The notes under the pieces are model-generated. The model saw only the letters and a program-made list of their open reading frames with translations. It had not been told where the DNA came from and did no database searches. A program made the translations under genes and the position numbers. Shown one piece after another: positions 24,841 through 36,496 of a stretch of 64,000 nt of DNA. The stretch covers positions 13,020,001 to 13,084,000 of the forward strand of contig CM069145.1 of the NCBI GenBank assembly GCA_035221665.1. The letters run 5' to 3'. Within the stretch, counting starts at the first letter, position 1, and the number at the start of each line of letters is the position of its first letter. The stretch comes from Okamejei kenojei. Its lineage: Eukaryota.

Positions 24841-25499
24841 CCCTCTCTCTAATACTGGGTGTCTCACAGGAATATAATGAACAGGAATGGGAGTGAGCCA
24901 TAATGTTCACCCTGCCATCCAGGATCTGATCATTGGCTTCAATTCCTGCCTGATCCTTTCCATAACGTTGGTGTTATTTTATTTCACTGTGCTTTACCTA
25001 GTCTTGTCTCCCCAAGCATTCCAAACCTGCAGTTCAGTTCAGATCCTCTGTTCTTCCACAATCTGGCTCCCTTTGTAACAATGATGCAAATGCAAAGACA
25101 TGAAAAGCTTGGCAGCCTGCAATCCTATTCACACCCATTTTCTGCCTTGTTTTATCTTTCCGCATGCCTCAAAACGTTGGAAACCTAAACCCTGCAGTCT
25201 TGCATCAGATCCCCATTCATTCTCCTGCTCGCTCTAATTTTCTTCATCACCCCACCTACCTGCAGCATCGTTTGATGTTTCGTTTGTGCAAGTCATTGTG
25301 TGAATGCAAGTGCTTCCAACACACACATTTTAAACATAAAGCTACACCCTACACCACCCACCCTGTAGAAGAGGAAAGTGGCCATTAAAATAAAAGAGCA
25401 CAACGTAGTAAATATTATTCTCTGGTTTGGTCTCCCCCCCCCCCCCCTCCCCCGCATATTATGCTATTTATTTAACATTTCCAATGGGACTACCCAGGA

Positions 25500-25592
25500 T
25501 GGACACACAAAGCTGGAGTAACTCAGCGGGACAAGCAGCATCTCTGGAGAGAAGGAATGGATTACCTTTCGGGTCGAGACCCATCTTAAAAC
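25500..25592 (-). mobile_element. Penelope terminal-repeat fragment
   Basis: gctggagtaactcagcgggacaagcagcatctctggagagaaggaatgg...ttcgggtcgagacc. Confidence 0.75.
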
Positions 25593-25899
25593 AAGACTGT
25601 TTATTGCTGAGCCCAGACTTGACAAGGGCGCTAGCTCCCCCCCCCCCCCCCCCCCCGTTTCCCAATCAATTTCTTAACATAAATGCGGTTGATACGAATA
25701 TCCAGGCGACGGCACAGGATGGGGTGTAAGTAAATACACATATTTTGTCGCAGGTTTGAGCTTTGCATTTTGCTCAGTTGCAGTACCGGGCAATCATCCC
25801 TGGCCAGCTCCATCTCTGAAACTGACAAACACGGTCAATCAGATTGTCTTTTCTTTAAAGCAGCAGCAACTACGCCCAGTTTTGTAGCCAGCTCACCAA

Positions 25900-26497
25900 A
25901 GCACAAAGGGCGAAATGCCAAGGATGAATGGCTAGCGAGCGCGCATGCCTGCAGCTCCCTCCTCGCCCCACCGTGGAAATGTCATTCAGATGCAATTTTT
26001 TTTTTTTTTTTAAAGGCTGTTTTTTTTATAGAGCCCAGATCTGACAAGCGCGCTTCATTCTCGTTTGCCAATCTATTTCTTAACAATAAATGCGGTCGAT
26101 GCGGATAGTGCAGGATAAAACGACACCGGGGTGGGGATGGGGTTAATTTCTGTTCAATGCAGAGATCTCTGCAGTAAATGTGTGTGCACCATCCTTTGAT
26201 AACCTGGGAGAAAAATGACCCAGTCGCAAGCAGGCTCCGGGTGCCATTGTTTCGTGCCTATGCCCCGGATCACAGCCGTCGCCCTTGGCTGGGACCTGAT
26301 GCTGCATTCGCTTTCATGAATACATTCAAATCTCAGCTTCCTCCCCAATAAGAAGCAGCGAGCGGCGCTCCCACCCCCTCCGCCGCAGTGAAACACAGTC
26401 CTCCTTCAATCCCCATTTTCCATCTCCAGCCCGCTCTGTGTTGTTGCAACGTCGCCATTTTCAGTCCGCCAAATGAGTTTTAAAACTACATATATTT

Positions 26498-26529
<32 letters not shown>

Positions 26530-27260
26530 CCGACCGCAGTCAGATCGGCGAGCAAGCACCGAGAGGCTGGGCGAGGAGTGCAGACCTCGCCTCGGTCACA
26601 CATAATCCGCAGAGGTGCAGGGGGGGCTAGCGTGATAATGCTGCAGACCAGGGCTGTCACCCCGCTAAACGCTTTCAACGCTTACCGTGATCCGCGGGAT
26701 GTTCTTCTTGCCTTGGTAGGACAGCATGTCTCTGGACTCGGACCTTTGCTATAATGCAAGGCAACGGAAGACGAGGAAACTCTGCGCGGTGCGGGTGGGT
26801 TTTTTTTTGTTCTGCAGAGCGGTTTTCTGGTCTCTCTCGTCTTTGGTGGTGCTGAAAATGGTGATTGTGCAGACTAGACGAGGTTCGCAGCGCAGACTGG
26901 CACCGCCTCGACACCCCCCCCCCCCCCCTCCTCCCTCCTTGCAACTTCCTCTCTCTCCCTCTCTCTCCCTCTCTCCCATTCCCTCCCCCTCCAGCGAGCT
27001 AACAGACCATCTGCCTTATTAGCATTTTCCAGCTCCCTGCCTCCTCCCCGTATTCACCAGCGCCACCGCCCCGAGCGGGACTACACAACCTCCGGACAGA
27101 GAAGGCAGGACCGAGGGCCAAGCTAGCGGCCTCTCTCCACACGCGAGATTGATCACATTCCCAAATGAACGATCATTTAAAAAAGAATGATCGCCGACAA
27201 TCCCGACCACTGTGCAAATAGACGCCGATGCTTCTTGCATTTAAAACGAGCCCTTTATCG
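25900..27260 (-). promoter_or_regulatory. CpG-rich promoter/first-intron region of exon 1B
   Basis: Visibly high CpG and GC density around exon 1B, with CT/GA tracts at 26913-26992 and no TE copies. Confidence 0.7.
26686..26727 (-). CDS. DPYSL4: Alternative first coding exon 1B (short isoform), MLSYQGKKNIPRIT
   Basis: Reverse complement reads ATG CTG TCC TAC CAA GGC AAG AAG AAC ATC CCG CGG ATC ACG|gtaagc. This is the canonical CRMP short N-terminus with a phase-0 donor, inside a CpG-rich region. Confidence 0.9.
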
Positions 27261-28449
27261 CCGGGAACAAAAAAAAATCACACACCTTTTACATTTGAAG
27301 CAATAATTGCAGAATGGATATTTATTCAACATATTATCTCGCCTACGTTCTCAGTGTAGGAACCTTTTAAAAAATAAATAAATAAAAGCAATTCTAGTGT
27401 TTGAATTCCAGAGCACCACTAGGGATGGGCAGCGCAGGGGATGGAAGGATTTACTGAGCAATGGCTTAGTGAGATTTTGCTCTCATGTTTACCACGTTCA
27501 AGGTTGCCGGTATAATCACAGACAATATTCTCTACTGCTGGCTATCCATTGGAATGGATCAAGCAGCAGCAAGCAGATTTCGTGTTGTTTGGAGTAAACA
27601 CCCTTCCGCCGTTTAAAAAAAAAAATATGATTAGCCTCCTGGTTTATTTTTGTTTATTTGATTTAATCAGATAATCCGCGACGAGTTTACCATACAATCC
27701 CCCTCGGTGTTCATTGTGATAATACCTTGGTCTGTTAGCTGGTCTAAGAGGGAAGGCAGGCTGGGACTCGGGCCAACAAACACGTGAAGATATTCTCCTA
27801 TTGTCTTGAATATCCACAACACATCAGCGCGGCGTGGAACTTAACGCGTTCACACACGGAACACTGTATAACGTGGTTTAGTGGAAAATGTGACTCGAAA
27901 CAGCTAGTCGGAGCATCGAATGTTCCGAAGCTGACTTCATAAATGCAGCAAAATTTAAGAGAAAGTTTAAATGGATGGTAGGTACCTCGTTCTAATACTT
28001 TGTCTGGCAGAGCAGTGTTAATGGTCAACGACAGTCCCAACTCATCCCTCTGTACTCATATAAGCCTGTACTCACCAGGTCAATCGGACCAAGTCATTTC
28101 TCCAACAGTATGAAAACATGGAGACGTGGAAAGGTCCAACTGCTCTAAAAGTGCTCGTAGAAACTTTGTTTTGGTTACAAATAAAGCTATGACACGTGGG
28201 AGAGCAAAGCTTTTCTAAGGCAGCGACGCATCACTAATACAAAGCCACATGTTCCCACTCACTAGGCGATATATCCACACTCCTTCCCGCATTGGGAACC
28301 TTGCTGTGTTATGCTCAATTGAACAATGCTTCACCCCGCAACCCCCACCAGCTGTCCATTTTTTAAAAACAAGTTTAGTAGTTCAAACGAATGCCAATCC
28401 GCTCTCGGATATTCGAGATGCTGGTGCGTACAGGAGAGCGCTAACTTTT

Positions 28450-29150
28450 ACCTGAGTGTGAGAGGTGTGCAGAGTGCCTTCTCCCTGAGCCGAGGGGGAC
28501 TGATCCAGCTGCCCAGCCTCCGGCTCGCCCCGATCCACAGGCTCACAGGAGCCGGACATTTCACTGACATCACTCCCAGTCTCACTCAACCCGTCGGAGT
28601 CGATGGAAACCTGGCTGCCGTCCTTTCTCCCCATACTCCGAGCGCTGCGCCTGCCCACACTCAAGGAATCGAAGTCGATGGTTTTATTTTCATAAGCGCC
28701 CTCCACGTTGCAGAACATGCCTCCATACTTCTGGCGGGGCTTGGGACTGCTGGTGCCCGGCTTGGCTAAATACACTGGTAGTAGATGTTCGTCCTGGGTT
28801 GCCCCGGGCTGCTGTTCTGCCATAGTCCGGGGCAGCTGCAGCAGAGGGGCCGGAGCAGGCAGATGAGTGAGTGGACAGGAGGGGTGAACTGTGGAGGGAA
28901 GGCTCGCTTTCTCTCCCTCTCTCTACAGTTACATCTGACCAGAGCTGACCCGGAAGCGACGAGCTCTACCGCATGTGTGTGTGTGCCTCGTCCCAATCTT
29001 GTGCGTTTAACCAGGAACACGCCTCGACCCCCAACGAAAGAGAGGAGCTGTTCAGGAGCGGTGGTGCTGATGGGAGGCGTTCAGGAAATGACGGCTTGCC
29101 TGTTTCAGAACTGTTCTTGAAATGTATTCATAACCCCCAAATGCGTGACC
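28450..29150 (-). promoter_or_regulatory. CpG-rich promoter region of exon 1A
   Basis: GC/CpG-rich; ETS-like CCGGAAG at ~28950; CpG enrichment persists patchily to ~30200. Confidence 0.6.
28452..28823 (-). CDS. DPYSL4: Alternative first coding exon 1A (long 'A' isoform N-terminus, 124 codons) of CRMP/DPYSL gene
   Basis: ATG at 28823 in strong Kozak context (actATGG). Encodes MAEQQPGATQDEHLLPVYLAKPGTSSPKPRQKYGGMFCNVEGAYENKTIDFDSLSVGR...HTQ, the motif of CRMP long-isoform first exons. Phase-0 donor CAG|GTAAAA is compatible with exon 2. Confidence 0.85.
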
Positions 29151-30693
29151 ACAATCGCTCAATGAATATAATGGCACCCAAACTGTCCAACTAACAGCAG
29201 TTGCTTCAAAAAGTTATTTTGGTGAATTGCATCAGAACCGACTGTGGTTCACTTTAACGTTATTGGTGTTGCGTGCTGATTCGACAGCATCTTCAGCGTA
29301 GTTAAAGGTTTCATCACAGTCAAGTATCTTACCCTAAAAGAGTGACTGCAAAAAATGCACTTGTTTCTATTTGAACCGGCAATATATTCAGGGATCTCTA
29401 AAGCCTAAAGTCTAAAGGCTCAGTTTATTCTGAGTTTTAGCCCAAATGGCGAATTAATAAATGGCAAGCGGTTAACATATTCGAATATAAACTTATAAAA
29501 AACATCTCCAAAACCACTGGCCACAAAGTATTGGATTTTTAAATTTGTGCTTATCGGATACGTAACAAAAAATGCGTGTGGGCACGTTAATCTCATTCCG
29601 TATTCATGCTCTTATAAGAATCAGTAGAAACAAAAACTGCGCGTAACCTGGTGGTAATGTATCTATTTCCCGCCGGTTGTATCACTTTTTACCGCTCGGG
29701 CACTGATCTTATGGTCTTATGGCTCACAGTGAATCTGTTGCGCCGCAGTTATAACATGTTGGCATCTGGAAATAAATGTCGGTTTGAACGCTGCCTCCTA
29801 CGAGACAAGAGCGGCAAAACAATAATCGACAATTGGGAAGAAAATCGGAAAAACGCCAGCATAAAACACAATATTTTTTTAACTGAGTTTTCTTAGGATC
29901 GCCTCTGCTAACAATTAAAAAAATGTTTTGCATTAGTCGTTTTGTTTCGCTGAAATGAATTCTCCAGAGTTACACCGAGGAATTCTTTGATCAGTGGTAC
30001 CTTCAGTTCCACTCATTTACTCTTACAGCGGGTCGGTGGTCGATGAATCCTGTCCCGTGATTCTTGATCGATTCATAAGAACCGCACGCTTCAGCCCGAT
30101 CTCCCCAGTAGCAAGTGAATATTGATGGCCGCATATTTTACATACACCCTTCTGCCTTTTAACGTTGGCATTGTGTCTCGTCGCGCTTTCGTAGTTCCGT
30201 ACCAGCTCATTCAGAAAATGTACAGTTAATTTCAACCACTGTTCTCACTATGTCTTACCAGTAAATGTACTAACCACACCTCTGTACAGTCCTAAGGCTT
30301 TTTCATTATCATTGAATAGTGTCTCGCCTCAGTGGCAACAACGCCGTTCCCATAAACCAGAGACTTTATGAAATTGTGGCGTCTATTTGCTTCTCATGGT
30401 AGCATGGAAAAGGACAATGATTATCCAATCATGATTATCATGGTTCTTTGAAAGAACCATCCACTCATTCCAAATGCTCCCCTCTCTTGCCCCACGAATT
30501 TCCCACCTCCAGGAAGTGCGTTCCAGATCACAACAACATCTGTGCCAATGTTATTTTTTCTTGGTGTTATCATCTACCCTTTCGCGGATAACAAATCTGT
30601 GTGGTCTGCTTACTAACGGTTCTGATACGGTAATAGATTGTATAAAATCAATTTTCCTTTTAAATCCCCTGAAGATTTCACTCAGAGTGAGTT

Positions 30694-31290
30694 AACTTCC
30701 ACCCTGCCCTCAAATGCGCTTGGACTATCTCTGACATCTTTTCTTCCTCCCTTGATCGATCTGTCTCCATCACAGAAGACAGACTATCAACTGACGTCTA
30801 CTGCAAAGCCACGGACTTCTGCAGATATCTGGACAACACCTCCTTCCATTCTGCCCCTTGCAAAGATGCTATCCCCTACTCTCAATGTCCATCTCCACCG
30901 CACCTGGTCCCCAGAAGAGGCTTTCCATTGTTGGGCATGAGATGTCCTCTTTCTTTAGTAAACATGGTTGCCTCCCTTCTGTCATAGATTAATCCCTCAC
31001 CCAAGTCTCCTCAGTGTTCCATAGTCTACTATCGCTTCCCCTCCTCCCCCCCAAATGGAACAAGGGTAGAGTTCCCTGGTCCTTACCTTTCACCCCCCAT
31101 TGGCCTCTCCATCCAAGACATCAATCTCCAACATTTACTCCACCTTCCACGTGATCCTAACACCAGCACATCTTCCCATCACCACCCCTTTCCACCTTCT
31201 GCAGAGACAGCTTCCTCTGCAACTCCTTGGTTCATTCTTCCCTTCCGACCCATACCGCCCACTTTCCAATTGCAGGAGTTGTAACATTCA
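30694..31290 (+). mobile_element. Penelope-like element RT C-terminal fragment (degraded)
   Basis: Translates as NFHPALKCAWTISD...LSTDVYCKATDFCRYLDNTSFHSAPCKDAIPYSQ, resembling PLE RT/thumb motifs; frameshifted. Confidence 0.8.
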
Positions 31291-32449
31291 TTCAAGGCGG
31301 TGCCATTGACAGTTGTGTAGTTCAAAATCAGCTGTGCGAAAAGAAAGTGAAATCTTTATATGTAAATGTTTAAATGTAAAAATACATAAATGTACCCTGC
31401 ATCCGCTGACGATGAAGAGGCAGACTGCCAAAAATGGAAATGAAAGAGGTAAAAGAAAGATTCTTATTTGGTGCATGTGGTAATTTTGTTCTCGCCAATT
31501 GGATAACAAAAGGGAGATGAAAGAGGAGGATTTAAGAATTCGCATATTGCTTAATCTCAGGAAGAAACAATGCACTATTTTCTATTAGTTTCCTTGGGAT
31601 ATTTCCTCTTCAGCATGATCTGGTGCTTTCTTTAACAGACATCTTCCTTTGCAATAACTTCAATGTGTTTAATGATGCATTTTGTTAACATTGAGACTCC
31701 TGTGATGATCTCCAAGGACAACTTTGTAGACAGCTTCTTAATTATGACACTAGTGGAGATAACTACCCCTTGGAGAATGATTTCCACTATGTTCTGAATA
31801 TACTGAATTGATATTCATAATCTTCACATTTTATAATTTCACGTGAATATAAATCACCCCCCTCTTACCTTAAGTCATTTTCTACAAATCAAAGCATTTG
31901 ATATCTACTGGTACCAACTTAATTTCTGGGATCTCTAATAATTTTTTAAAAACATAATTGAACCTTTGCTTAAAGTTATTTCTCATTTGATGGTGTTACT
32001 ATTCTTTGAAACGCTCTCCCCAGACCACTCCCTTTCAGGCCTTAACTTTGAAAGTATTCTCATAACGCATTTTCAGTTGCTACTTACTGTAGATTTCCTT
32101 ACGAAGGCTTAGCACTTGCTTCTTTTCCTCTTTAAAGTGTGTTTGGAAACATTTTTAGAGTCATGGAGCCATAATGCTGGACAGCATGCAAATAGGCCCT
32201 GTGATGTATTTGTAATGTACTATCATTGAATGTATTAGAATGGAATTTGTGATGTATATGTATTGTAATATCTAATGTAAGTGCCAGTGTCCCTTGAGGC
32301 CAAAAGCAGAAGCTGGCAAATGTACCTGTGCCTCGTGACTGAGATCAAGTGACCTTCTGGAAATTTCAGTCATTGCAGATTAAACTTATCTTACATGAAG
32401 GCGGACGTGTATTCATTGTGCTAGTCACAACAGGGCCTTATAGAGAACA

Positions 32450-32898
32450 TTACAGGCCCTTCAGTCCACCTTGTCCATGCTGACAGAGTCAGCATATTGG
32501 GCTGGTCCATGCAGAGCCATTTTTCCGCATTTGGCCCATATCTCTTCAAATCCTTCCTATCTCTATGTCTGTCCAAATGAGTTTTGAAGGTTGTGGTTGT
32601 ACCTTCTTCTTTATCTTCACTTGGCAGTTCATTCCAGAAATGGACTACCCTCTGAGAGAAGACGTTGCCCGAGTGGTCCCTCGTAAATCTCCCCCCTCTT
32701 ACCTTGAGTCTATGCCTTCTAGTTTTAGAATCCTCTACTCTGGGAAAAGACTATGAGCGTCCCCTATATCCATGTTCCTCACAATCTTGCACACCTCCAT
32801 GAGGTCATCACTTGGTCTCCTCTGCTCCAAAGAAAAAGTCCCAGGCTATTCCACCTCTCCCAATAACTCAATCCCACAAGTCCAGGTAACATCCTGGT
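32450..32898 (-). mobile_element. CR1-type LINE 3' fragment, diverged
   Basis: caggcccttcagtcc...catttggcccatatc...ggcagttcattccaga...caggtaacatcctggt. Confidence 0.75.
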
Positions 32899-32904
32899 TA
32901 AAAA

Positions 32905-33165
32905 AAAGAGATGCAGTGTGCTGGAGTAACTCAGCAGGTCAGGAGGGATTTCTGGAAAACATGAATGGATGAACTTTCAGGTCAGGACCCTTCTTTAGGC
33001 GATTTGTGTGTGTGGAGTGGGAGGGGGGAGACAGCTGGAAGAGGGGAGAGTCAGGACAAAGCCTGTCAGGTAACATGGTGATTACAGATGGTGGGGGCTT
33101 GGATAGGCAGACGGACAAAGGCCAGAGATGAAAAGATAAAAGGATTGAAGAGTTCCAAAGTATGA
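32905..33165 (-). mobile_element. Penelope terminal repeat/3' end, diverged
   Basis: gtgctggagtaactcagcaggtcagg...tttcaggtcaggacccttct, followed by purine-rich body; reverse complement of ~58200-58455. Confidence 0.65.
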
Positions 33166-33944
33166 AAACTGGACCCTTCCTTACACTATTTTACCATTTT
33201 CATTTATTTTCTACAGAATGAGAATGGACAATTGTGTAACAGTAACTATTGAAGGTGACACTAGATCTTTTAGTTCCCTTATCTATTAATGTTCCTATCC
33301 ATGTGTCCACATTTAAAATCCTGAAAGGTGGCTGGGTTACATCAGAAGTGCAACAAATCTGCAGTTGATCTGCCCCCAGCCAATGTAGATGTATGAGACA
33401 AGGGGAGCGTGACATCGTTAGGAGGGGTAAACCAACCTGGCATCATGGCCCAGCAAAACACATGAACATTAGTACCACAATTCAGACTTAATATATCAGC
33501 AAATGCATAGTTCAGTATTCAACAATAAATATAACTTCTTTCATTTAGAAAAAAAGATGTTCTTCAGCATTTTGCCAAGTATAATCAGATGAAATTAGAC
33601 ATGGAGAAAGAGAATATTCATGAGACACACAAAATTAATCAAAAGATTGGATTTTAATCAGACCTCAAGTTGGAGAGAGAGGTGTTTTCATTCACTTTCC
33701 ACTGTTGCCAGTGATTTATATTCATTTTGATTTGCTCTTTAAAGGTAGTGGTGGGGAAGAGTTGCAAACCTTCTGGTGAGTGTGAGTTCAATGAATTATA
33801 CACCACTGGTGATCAACAACAATAGTTTGAGTTTCGGATGATATTTGACCTAGACGGAAAGCTGCAGGTGATGACTTTCCCATACAATTATCCTCCTTGG
33901 TGACAGATGCCATGCGTTTAGAAAGTGCTTTCAGAATAGTTCAT

Positions 33945-34048
33945 AAATTCATAAGTTATAGGAGCAGAATCAGGCCATTTGTCCCATCACGTTTACTCCA
34001 CCATTCAATCATGGCTGGTCTATCTTTCCCTCTTAACCTCGTTCTCAC
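33945..34048 (-). mobile_element. CR1 3' tail fragment
   Basis: ttcataagttataggagcagaatcaggccatt...ccattcaatcatggctg. Confidence 0.7.
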
Positions 34049-36324
34049 AGTATGATGATGGTGGAGGAAAGAAGGAATGTTTTGAACGTTAGACAGGGTA
34101 TCAATCAACCAGACTGCTTTCTCTAAGATGCTGTTAACCTTCTTAAATGTTGCTGGTTCTGCGCTTATCTGGACAAATGGAAAATATGCCATTGCACCTC
34201 AGACTTATACCTTTATAGATAATGGAAAGGCTCTGAGGTGTCAGGAGGTAAGACACATGTACCATTCTATGCCCAAATGTTGTCCAAATTCTGGCACATA
34301 TTGTGTTTTCTGAAGCATCTCAAGTCAAATTGAGAATCTTATAATGTGCATCTTGATAACTCAACACTGATTAATGCGGCCACAGTCTTACCTTAATATA
34401 ACAGGCCATGAGATGGGCACTAGATGCTGCTAATGATGGTGTCTTGGTGATTTGTGTGTTGATGAGACCAGTGGACAGTGATTCCCTCAATTATTCAGAA
34501 TGACCAAACAATGCTCATGGTTCTGTGGAGAGCTGCCAGCCATCAGCCATTCGACATTCAGTAGGTCTTGAACTTCCAAGAACTTACATGGAAAGGTGGG
34601 TGTCTGAGACAACCTGGAGCTATTGGATGCAGGGCACCATTGTGTTGAGGATGGAGCACCAATAGTGATGGCAGTGTTCAGCTGCATTTCACAGCTGGGA
34701 CCCTCAGATTTACTCCAGGGCCAGCAGGAGATGAGGAATAATGTCATGCTGCTAACACGTATGAGTTAATTCCCTTTGCATTACTTTAAACTTTTACTTA
34801 ATTATTGCTGTTTCCCACACCTAATTAACCTTCAGTTTTTTAAAAGAAATAAAAAAAAACTTTTGTTTATTTAATTGTATATGAATAGTTTTTTTAAATG
34901 CCTCTGATTTCAAAGGTCATCAAGGCATTAGTCAGGCAGAGCCTCAGTAATTTGCCACATCATGTTGATCAACTTCTGCATCAGGAAGCTAGGGACAAGT
35001 GGATGCACACACCTGCACTAGGCTAGAACAAGCAATGGAAAGGGCATAGAGGTGAGTGTGGACAGCAAGCCAAATCAACAGCAATAAACACACTGTACAT
35101 TTGGAAGGGGGAAGGTGTGGGCTAGAAAGTGGAACTGAATAGATAGAGAGCATTTATACAGAGAAGGAGCTTCTGACATCTCTACAGATATTTTTTTTAC
35201 CACCATTGTATTATTTCTCAAAATGAAAAATAATTCACAGCAACTTTTCAAAATACATTCTGTGTCTATTATTGAATTATATCACATCTTTACTGGTTTT
35301 TATGGGATGCCAGGTGTACCACGGAGTGTCTGGAACATCCAGAAATTCATGGTGCTCCACAAATACTATCCATCTGTGTCCCAATACTGAACCTGAGTGA
35401 TATGAATATATACACAGTACCAATATTGATGACAGATAAAACCAATTGCTTGCTTTTGACTGTTTATTTCTTACTGGTTGATCTTTAATCTAAAATTTAT
35501 ATTTTAAAACATACAGTGAGTATGTGGAACTAAACAAATTTCACATGATTGGTTTCATGTAGGCCACTCTATTAGTGACCACCATGATACGGACATTTGG
35601 GTTATGGAAATTTGCCCTTTCGGAATTCACAAATCTCAACCTAGATATTTGGGATACAGAATAGAATACACTTTGATGCAGAAGGTGGTTGGAATCTGGA
35701 GAGCATTGCCTTGTGGATGGATGGTGGAAGCAGCTGGAGGACAGAGGGTGAACGCATCTGAACAAATGTTAGACAAAGGACAGAATGATGACTAATGTTT
35801 GTCCAGTGATATGAATTAGTCTTGATTAATTGATTTCACTTGAAGATATTAAAGAGTGCACTGATAAATAGAAAATAATGGAACTTGCATAATGTATTTT
35901 CAGAGACTTGTGTTAACATGTTACAGAAGGAAATAGTTGCAAAATAAGGCGTGTGGGAGACATTTCATTCTTGTTTCAATCAAAGGATGATTGATCTTCC
36001 ACTATTTATTGGCAATGTTCTGTTTGTTAAACAAGAACAAATCATTTTGTGCTATAGAAAGAAATGTCGCCGCAGGATCTGACTGGGATTATAAAGCAAA
36101 TGCATTGTATTGTCTTTGCAGGTTATTGGGGGGTGGCTCCTGTTTCCCTCTGACTAGAACATGAGGAAGCAGAGCAGGAAGAGAGTCAGGTGATCGAGGA
36201 GATGACAGAGATGGAGGGGTGAGAAGATAGAGAGCAGGAGGAGGTGTTGATTATGAATATGACCCAAAATGTGTCATTTCATGACACCCCACAACACCAC
36301 TTACAGACTGGAGCTGTGAGTGCT

Positions 36325-36496
36325 ATATTTAAGAGGGAGTTAGATGTGGCCCTTGTGGCTAAAGGGATCAGGGGGTATGGAGAGAAGGCAGGTACGGGAT
36401 ACTGAGTTGGATGATCAGCCGTGATCACATTGAATGCCGGTGCAGGCTCGAAGGGCCAAATGGCCTCCACCTGCACCAATTTTCTATGTTTCTATG
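36325..36496 (+). mobile_element. CR1 3'UTR fragment, young
   Basis: Nearly identical to 19690-19862; (TTTCTATG)2 tail. Confidence 0.9.

Noticed and set aside
28383-28451. Stand-alone 146-aa protein from ORF 28383-28823
   Set aside because: The last 22 codons are intron read-through past a good phase-0 donor.
28326-29194. Antisense/divergent coding gene at the exon 1A promoter
   Set aside because: The plus-strand ORFs are shadows of GC-rich sequence, with no recognisable protein or exon chain.
26400-29200. REST/NRSE silencer element near the promoters
   Set aside because: Only half-site-like fragments were seen; no convincing 21-bp match.
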